IMG/VR virus record: IMGVR_UViG_3300044260_000039
Span: 1-32,042 of that record
DNA length: 32,042 bases
Source of the DNA: a virus
Taxonomy: Duplodnaviria; Caudoviricetes
Strand: one strand, 5' to 3'
Part shown: positions 10,390 through 15,748 of the stretch, piece after piece
Position numbering within the stretch: position 1 is the first letter of the stretch
Layout: the number at the start of each line of letters is the position of its first letter
Made by a program: the position numbers and the translations under genes
Notes under the pieces: generated by a model
Seen by the model: the letters and a program-made list of their open reading frames with translations, nothing else
Database searches by the model: none
Told to the model about the DNA's origin: nothing

Positions 10390-11169
10390 ATGGCTACGCA
10401 GCTGATCACACCTAACGCGGCCGTGCCGTGCCGGCCGGGCTACTGCCTCGAGTACGTCCGCGAGGCGTTCGGCCTGCCGATCCGGTACGGATCCGCGGCC
10501 GAGGCATGGGAAAAATCGGCCTCACAGCACCGGGACCGGAACATTCCGGCCGGTATGTGGGCGCCGGTGTATTTCTCGATCGACGTCGAACCGAACGGCC
10601 ATATCGCGCTGCAGGCGCCGGATGGGTCGATCTATTCATCCTCGGATCTGACAAGCACGCCGCACCATCACCCGGATATCGAGAATCTGATCGCCTATTA
10701 CGCCCGGTGGGGCAAGATGCAGCTGACCTACCTCGGGTGGACTGAGGACGTCGCCGGCTATCCCGTTATTTCCCTCGAGGGCGCCGGGCCCTCGGGGCTC
10801 TCACCGCAAAGCATCACCCAACTACAGGAGGCCGGAATTATGGCACAGCTTGATAATGATGATCGCGTGTTTGTTCAGACCGTGATTCATGCGGACACTG
10901 ACCGGGCAATTCTGGACAACCGGGCCCAGGTCGGCGCCGCGGCGAACGCGATTCTTAAGGCGATCGCGGCCTCGGCGTGGGATATCAAGACGTTCGAGCA
11001 GGCGGTCGACAACGGTAACGGCGATCGCGAGATCGACGATCAGCGGCAGAAGCTCACCGCGGCAGTCGACGAAATCAAGGCCGCTCTGCACTCCGAGATT
11101 CACGGCGCACCGCTGCCGGCACCCGTCGACGTCGCCACCACCATTACCACTACCGCAGGGGGCAAATAA
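10390..11169 (+). CDS. endolysin with N-terminal CHAP/NlpC-P60-like Cys-His peptidase domain
   Basis: GYCLEYVREAFG, SAAEAW, NGHIAL and YLGWTED motifs; GAAAGG RBS before ATG 10390; followed by holin. Confidence 0.8.
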   Translation: MATQLITPNAAVPCRPGYCLEYVREAFGLPIRYGSAAEAWEKSASQHRDRNIPAGMWAPVYFSIDVEPNGHIALQAPDGSIYSSSDLTSTPHHHPDIENLIAYYARWGKMQLTYLGWTEDVAGYPVISLEGAGPSGLSPQSITQLQEAGIMAQLDNDDRVFVQTVIHADTDRAILDNRAQVGAAANAILKAIAASAWDIKTFEQAVDNGNGDREIDDQRQKLTAAVDEIKAALHSEIHGAPLPAPVDVATTITTTAGGK

Positions 11170-11781
11170 ATGTTGTTCGTCCACATCGAACCGGCGCAGC
11201 TGCTGCAGCTGCTCGCATCGACAATTTTTCCGCTATTGATCGGGCTGATCACTACCCGCGACACGCACCCGGCCCGCCGGGCGATCCTGCTCGCGGCGCT
11301 CTCAGTCTCGACGTCGCTCGCCGCACAGCTGGCGGTCGCGCTGCAGTCGGGCAAGCCGTACGATCTGATCGCCGCGCTGCTCGCGGCCCTGGTGTCATTC
11401 CTGGTCGCGGTCGGTATGCACTTTGGGCTCTGGAATCCTACCGGCGCCGCTGCAGTTGTGCAGAGCCTCGGATCCTCCGCTGATCACCCGCTGCCGGCCG
11501 CTCTGCCGGCCTCACAGCCCGCAGCCGCTCCCGCGGCCCGCGTGACGCTCCCAACGGCCGCAGCAGCTCCCGCAGCGATCCCCGGCACCGTGTTACCGGC
11601 AGCACCGGCGCCGGCTGTGACAGTCGCCGCGGGCCCGGCAGTGCCGGAACTGTTCGCACCGGTCGACACACCTTACTTTCAGCCCGCAGCGATCCCCGGC
11701 ACGGTGCTGCCGGCTGCTGCAGCTGCTCCGGTGATTCACGATCCGGCCGAGACGTTCGTCGATCCGGCACGGCCGAGCTAA
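11170..11781 (+). CDS. holin with Pro/Ala-rich C-terminal tail
   Basis: Three hydrophobic helices, FPLLIGLIT and HFGLWNPTG motifs; duplicated PAAIPGTVLPAA; directly after endolysin. Confidence 0.75.
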   Translation: MLFVHIEPAQLLQLLASTIFPLLIGLITTRDTHPARRAILLAALSVSTSLAAQLAVALQSGKPYDLIAALLAALVSFLVAVGMHFGLWNPTGAAAVVQSLGSSADHPLPAALPASQPAAAPAARVTLPTAAAAPAAIPGTVLPAAPAPAVTVAAGPAVPELFAPVDTPYFQPAAIPGTVLPAAAAAPVIHDPAETFVDPARPS

Positions 11782-11807
11782 AACAGCCCGGCCCGCTACT
11801 CGCCGGC

Positions 11808-11836
11808 TGGCATCTATCGCGGCCGGCGCGTAGTGT
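11808..11836 (+). promoter_or_regulatory. putative SigA-type promoter with operator-like site
   Basis: TGGCAT-N17-TAGTGT; ATCGCG-GCCGG-CGCGTA (11816-11832) overlaps the -10 in the same register as at three other promoters. Confidence 0.45.
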
Positions 11837-11842
11837 TGCATC

Positions 11843-11953
11843 TCGAGATTACCGATGACCGGATACACGCCGGTTATTTGTGGCTTGCGGCGGTGTGAAA
11901 CGCTGCAGGCTGGCGGGCCCGGATCCTTATGGATCCGGGCCCGCTGTTTTTTT
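11843..11953 (+). ncRNA. putative ~110-nt small RNA (two hairpins plus terminator)
   Basis: Hairpins 11855-11877 and 11884-11909 with G-U pairs on + and complementary loops; bounded by promoter and T7 terminator. Confidence 0.45.
11911..11953 (+). terminator. intrinsic terminator
   Basis: GCGGGCCCGGATCC-TTAT-GGATCCGGGCCCGC 14-bp stem followed by TG and T7. Confidence 0.9.
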
Positions 11954-11954
11954 G

Positions 11955-12609
11955 CCCTGGTGAGACTCCCGCGCGCTGGTGAGACTTGAGCAATCTCGCT
12001 ACCGCATTTCGTTCTCTGGTTGTCCTCGAGCTGCCGCCGGCTGCTCTTGTCTCACCCTGCCGCCGGGCTGCCTGGCTCGGCTGCTCTAGCAGCCGTTTTC
12101 TTTTGTCTCGGCCCTTGTTTTTAGCTGACCACGGAGGGAGATGGGAGGGATGAGGGCAGGAGTCTGCCTGATCTGAAATCAGGAACAGACTCACTACTTG
12201 TAACCACGTCGGTCGACGGTCGGTTATCGGTTGGGCAGCACTGGGGCTGCTGATCTGCACGGGCTTATTACAAGTACCCGCAACGGCGGCATATGTCTTG
12301 ATCTCTGGCGGCCCGGCTAGGCATGGCTGTAACTGCTGGCGTCTCTTCGATTCCGGGGCTCGCGCTCTCCGGTGAAACAGTCTGGATCAAGACTCGACAA
12401 TAGAACCGGCTCTAACCCGGATCGGCTGCTCTCGCGGCCTGGTCTTTGGTGTTTATCCTGCCGTAGCGGGAAACGTGGCTCTGGACACTTACCACGGTCC
12501 TAGCATCCGTTGGAGCGGTTTGCTAGGCTTTCTGTATTCGCAAAGAATGATTTTCAAGATATCCCCCTGGTTGGAGCCGGGGGGATATCGCCGTTTTACG
12601 GGCGTGTTC
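11955..12609 (-). ncRNA. putative long structured non-coding RNA / RNA-based origin region (3' end uncertain)
   Basis: No credible ORF; dedicated leftward promoter at 12616-12645; many hairpins and 9-bp long-range inverted repeats. Confidence 0.5.
12078..12108 (+). terminator. intrinsic terminator-like hairpin inside the non-coding locus
   Basis: CGGCTGC-TCTA-GCAGCCG followed by TTTTCTTTTGT. Confidence 0.6.
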
Positions 12610-12615
12610 AAAAAG

Positions 12616-12645
12616 AATCTACACGCGAAACGCGTACATACGCAA
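12616..12645 (-). promoter_or_regulatory. leftward SigA-type promoter with 17-bp operator
   Basis: On - strand TTGCGT-N18-TAGATT, hexamers identical to promoter 13651-13680; operator TACACG-CGAAA-CGCGTA at 12620-12636. Confidence 0.75.
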
Positions 12646-12646
12646 A

Positions 12647-12681
12647 CAGCGGGCCGGCGTGTTGTCCACGCCGGCCCGCTG
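12647..12681 (-). terminator. terminator after the DUF4236-like gene
   Basis: Perfect 15-bp stem CAGCGGGCCGGCGTG/CACGCCGGCCCGCTG, followed by TTTG on -. Confidence 0.7.
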
Positions 12682-12697
12682 CCGTTGTTCCGGGGCC

Positions 12698-12904
12698 CTA
12701 CTCAAACAGATTCGGCCGCTTACGCCGGCCGCTGCTGCCGCTGCCGAGGCGCCAGGACAGCCCAGGAGCGAGCCGAACCGTCACCCGGCCGCGACTGTTC
12801 ACGGTCACCGGGCCCACACGCTTAGAAACGCTCACACCGCGCTTAGACACGTTCAACGCCGCGCCGTTGCCAAGCTGCACACGCTTACGAAAGATCCAGC
12901 CCAT
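12698..12904 (-). CDS. DUF4236-like small basic protein (68 aa)
   Basis: MGWIFRKRVQLGNGAALNVSKRGVSVS...GLSWR fits the DUF4236 pattern; AGGGAG RBS before ATG 12904. Confidence 0.75.
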   Translation of the reverse strand: MGWIFRKRVQLGNGAALNVSKRGVSVSKRVGPVTVNSRGRVTVRLAPGLSWRLGSGSSGRRKRPNLFE

Positions 12905-13102
12905 AATTTCCAGCTCCCTAAAAGTTGTCTGACGGACGCTCTGCCGCGAGATCGCGGGCAGTCTCGATACAGCTGTTCCATGCCTCGACGTCAATCACGC
13001 CTGATTCGTCGATCGTGTACTGCAGCGCGCCGAGGAAATACGGCCACGAGTCGCGCGTGACGCCGTTCTCAGACGCCCGCAGCGGCCCGCGCTCGCCGGC
13101 GC

Positions 13103-13606
13103 TCACTGCTCGGCCAGGCACGCGGGGCAGGTTGCCTGCCGGCGCATCGTCGTCATGCTGCCGCGGGCGCCGCATACGCCGGCGTAGGGCTGATTCCCGG
13201 CGTTCCCGACGTTCCCGGCAAGGTGAGTAATGCCGGCGGCCTCGCGCTCGGCCTCGCGCTCGGCTGAGAGCTTAGCGATTTCGGCGCTCTCGGCCTCGAG
13301 TACGGCCAGCACGGCGGCCGGATCCTCGGCGGCCGGATCCTCGGCTGCCGGCTCACCAGCGGCGGGCGCCTCGGCCTCGGCGGGCTCGTATTCCCACGCC
13401 GCGCCGTCCGCGGTCGCTACTCGGCGGCCTACGAGCTTGCAGTCGGCGGCCGCGATCCGGCGGTAGGCGCCGAATACTTTGCCGTTTTTCCAGCCGCTTA
13501 CGCCGATCGTTTCGCTGCCGCGGTCCGCGTCGTGCTGGAATCCGACGATATAGGTTTTGCCGGTCTTGTATTCGACTACATCATTGCGGCTGAAAGAGTG
13601 GGTCAT
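13103..13606 (-). CDS. hypothetical protein (beta-rich N-terminus, acidic linker, C-terminal H/C..CxxC zinc-binding-like motif)
   Basis: GAGG RBS before ATG 13606; own promoter at 13651-13680; THL...VCG...TCPAC. Confidence 0.7.
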   Translation of the reverse strand: MTHSFSRNDVVEYKTGKTYIVGFQHDADRGSETIGVSGWKNGKVFGAYRRIAAADCKLVGRRVATADGAAWEYEPAEAEAPAAGEPAAEDPAAEDPAAVLAVLEAESAEIAKLSAEREAEREAAGITHLAGNVGNAGNQPYAGVCGARGSMTTMRRQATCPACLAEQ

Positions 13607-13650
13607 TTTGGGGCCTCGGTTCGTCTCGCTGGATTGATCTAACAACACAC

Positions 13651-13690
13651 AATCTACGCGCCACGCGCGTATAAACGCAAGCAGCGAGTA
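13651..13690 (-). promoter_or_regulatory. leftward promoter with tandem operator sites
   Basis: TTGCGT-N18-TAGATT; perfect-armed TACGCG-CCACG-CGCGTA (13655-13671) and degenerate AACGCA-AGCAG-CGAGTA (13674-13690). Confidence 0.75.
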
Positions 13691-13713
13691 AAACGTGTCG
13701 CGTTGCGGGTACG

Positions 13714-13746
13714 AAAACGGCCGCCGGCGGGCTGCCGGCGGCCGTT
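13714..13746 (-). terminator. terminator downstream of the repressor gene
   Basis: AACGGCCGCCGGC-GGGCT-GCCGGCGGCCGTT stem running into TTTT on -. Confidence 0.7.
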
Positions 13747-13752
13747 GTAGTG

Positions 13753-14205
13753 CTAGGCGATCTGCTGCCGCGGGGATCCGGGCCAGAGCGAATGTTCGTA
13801 GCGGATCGGCGCCGGGTCCAGGTACTGCAGCTGGGGCGGCCCTGACGGCGCCGGCGGCAGCGTGCCACTGCCTGGCTGCTGCCGCTGCTGCTGCTGCTGC
13901 TGATCGGCGGTCTCTATGCGGGAGATAACGCCGGTGATCGTTGACTCGCCGCTCGCGTCCTCGAGGCCGAGCAGGTAAGTAATCCGGATCCCGGTCGCGG
14001 ATTCGAGCCGTTCGAGTTCGTCAAGCTCCCACGCGGCCGAGCCGGTGTAGCGGCGCGAAAACGAGCCTTGGGTCATGCCGATCGCCGCGGCTACTTCGGT
14101 TCCCTTCAATTGGAGTTCACCCATGCGGCCACGTAGGCGGCGGGCGACTGCTTGGGACAGGGTTTCAAGTTCGCCGTTATGGCCGGCTGCCGGTGGAGTC
14201 GTCAT
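13753..14205 (-). CDS. immunity repressor (XRE-family HTH, cI-like), 150 aa
   Basis: HTH LKGTEVAAAIGMTQGSFSRRYTG..WELDELERL; divergent from the cro-like gene; ATG 14205 lies 6 nt after a -10 element. Confidence 0.8.
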   Translation of the reverse strand: MTTPPAAGHNGELETLSQAVARRLRGRMGELQLKGTEVAAAIGMTQGSFSRRYTGSAAWELDELERLESATGIRITYLLGLEDASGESTITGVISRIETADQQQQQQRQQPGSGTLPPAPSGPPQLQYLDPAPIRYEHSLWPGSPRQQIA

Positions 14206-14211
14206 TTCCCG

Positions 14212-14240
14212 AGCGTATACACGCATTCCGCGTAAAACAA
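14212..14240 (-). promoter_or_regulatory. repressor promoter (leaderless) whose spacer is the operator
   Basis: TTGTTT-[TACGCGGAATGCGTGTA]-TACGCT-CGGGAA-ATG on -. Confidence 0.7.
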
Positions 14241-14399
14241 GCAGTGAGCTATAGCACCCGTACCTGTATGCAAGATGTGAGTATTACGCCGAGTAGAAAC
14301 CAAGTAATCGAGTACCTAGGCGGCCCCAAAACTGAGTACACGCGTAGCTATACCGTACGGTATAGAAAAAACGCGACACGCGGGAAACTACGCACATAA

Positions 14400-14429
14400 T
14401 TCGTTCCTCACTCGATTAGCGCGTATTGT
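14400..14429 (+). promoter_or_regulatory. early lytic (cro) promoter with operator
   Basis: TTCGTT-N18-TATTGT, 7 nt before ATG 14437; CACTCG-ATTAG-CGCGTA at 14409-14425. Confidence 0.6.
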
Positions 14430-14436
14430 CTCGGCT

Positions 14437-14673
14437 ATGAGAAAAACACCCGCTGCAGTAGCTCAGCGCGTAAAGGAAGAAGCAGCGCGGCAGCGGATCC
14501 CGCAGGCCGCGCTCGCCGAGAGGATCGGCGTCACGCAACAGAACGTCTCCCGCCGGCTCGCCGGCACGGCGCCGATCACCGTAGTAGAGGCCGAGCTGTT
14601 CGCCGACGCGCTCGGCGTCTCGATCGCCTGGCTGTTCGGCGAAACCGACACACCCGCGCCGGCGCCGGTCTAA
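14437..14673 (+). CDS. Cro-like XRE HTH regulator
   Basis: IPQAALAERIGVTQQNVSRRLAG..ITVVEAELFADALGVSIAWL; first rightward early gene. Confidence 0.85.
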   Translation: MRKTPAAVAQRVKEEAARQRIPQAALAERIGVTQQNVSRRLAGTAPITVVEAELFADALGVSIAWLFGETDTPAPAPV

Positions 14674-14710
14674 GACAAAAGAAAACCGCCCGGCACGCGC
14701 CGGGCGGTTT
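14673..14710. terminator. hairpin after cro, possibly bidirectional, with the better U-tract on -
   Basis: AAACCGCCCGGC-ACGC-GCCGGGCGGTTT; on - followed by TCTTTTGTCT. Confidence 0.65.
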
Positions 14711-14771
14711 CCATCGCCGGGCTCTGCAGGCCGGGCGAACACAACAAACAACAAACCAAAGGATATCAGCC

Positions 14772-15299
14772 ATGCCAGAATCTCAGCTCCCGCGCCGGGC
14801 CTATTTCGCCGCCGAGGACCACGCGCCGCTCGATCCGAACGCATCGCCGGCCAGGATCTCGCAGCAGCAGGTCGCGATCGCGGCCCGAAACACGCTGGCG
14901 CAAAACCTGATCTACAAGGCCGAGCAGATCGCCGCGGCCGTCAAGACGGCCCGCACGTTCGACACAACCGGGCAGATCCCGGCCGCGCTCCCGCACCTGG
15001 CGATCAGCGTCGCCGATCTGGTCAAGGCGCACGAGGCATTCGTCGACGACGTAGCAAGGTCACTTGAGAAGCACGCCCGCCGGGCCCGGATGGAACGCGG
15101 CCTCAACATCGCCGCAGCAGCCGAGACGGCACACCCGGCCGGCGCCGGCCGCGCACTCGATCAGCAGATCCTCACCGAATCGATCACCGCGATCTCGGCA
15201 GCCGCGCACGACGACGCAGCCTCGGCCCTGGCAGCCGTCGACGCCGCCGAGGAAACCGCCGGCGCGCCGTCCGCAGCCAAGCCGGGCCCGCGAGCATGA
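14772..15299 (+). CDS. hypothetical protein
   Basis: AAGGA RBS; ATGA overlap with next gene. Confidence 0.75.
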   Translation: MPESQLPRRAYFAAEDHAPLDPNASPARISQQQVAIAARNTLAQNLIYKAEQIAAAVKTARTFDTTGQIPAALPHLAISVADLVKAHEAFVDDVARSLEKHARRARMERGLNIAAAAETAHPAGAGRALDQQILTESITAISAAAHDDAASALAAVDAAEETAGAPSAAKPGPRA

Positions 15300-15748
15300 A
15301 AGACAAGACACGCGCCGAGGTATTCCTGCAGCCCAAGGGCAGCCGGCCGCTGCAGCGGACAGCAATCGTTTTCTACGCGAACCGCGCCGAGCTGAAAAAG
15401 CAGCTCGAGGCCTACGCCGCGACGGTCTGGATCAACACCCGCCGGATCGACGTAGACACCGACTCGCTCGAGATCCTGGTCGACGGCGTACCCGTCGCGA
15501 ACTACCGGCTCCACATCCCCGGCACACCCGCACACGCCGAACCGGCCCAAGTCGTCACAAAAACACGCCGGCCCACAACCCGCGCCCGGCACACCCTGGC
15601 ACAGATCGCCGTGATCATCGCCGGGCTGCTGCTCACACTCGCCGCCGGCCCACACCTCAACGGCGCCTATCTCGCCGGCGCCGCGCTCGCCGGATTCGGG
15701 ATCTACCGGCTCAGCCTCGCCGTGCAGCGTCGCGAGGCGGCACTGTGA
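15296..15748 (+). CDS. hypothetical membrane protein (two C-terminal TM helices)
   Basis: Start/stop overlaps on both sides; hydrophobic C-terminus. Confidence 0.7.
   Translation: MKDKTRAEVFLQPKGSRPLQRTAIVFYANRAELKKQLEAYAATVWINTRRIDVDTDSLEILVDGVPVANYRLHIPGTPAHAEPAQVVTKTRRPTTRARHTLAQIAVIIAGLLLTLAAGPHLNGAYLAGAALAGFGIYRLSLAVQRREAAL

Noticed and set aside
11855-11989. 44-codon ORF starting ATGACCGGA in the predicted sRNA
   Set aside because: No RBS, start codon buried in a stem, and it reads through the terminator
11874-12260. 128-aa minus-strand ORF as a Rep protein or toxin
   Set aside because: No RBS, start ~350 nt from the promoter, runs through the terminator hairpin, and has no recognisable motif
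11782-12700. tRNA, tmRNA fragment or attP core in the non-coding locus
   Set aside because: No cloverleaf with T-loop GTTCRA and acceptor stem found by eye, and no integrase. A host-recombinase (dif-like) site was not recognised but cannot be excluded without a search.
12475-13230. Plus-strand ORFs 12475..12825, 12510..12932, 12659..13060, 12925..13230 and minus ORF 12918..13175
   Set aside because: They cross a promoter, terminator or better-supported genes and show no protein-like motifs
14348-14365. Palindrome as a telomere-resolution site of a linear plasmid prophage
   Set aside because: Short, located in the switch region, and no protelomerase gene is present
15064-15744. 227-aa N-terminal extension of the methyltransferase in the ORF track
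   Set aside because: Arg/Pro-rich off-frame translation overlapping two real genes; motif I begins right after GTG 15745
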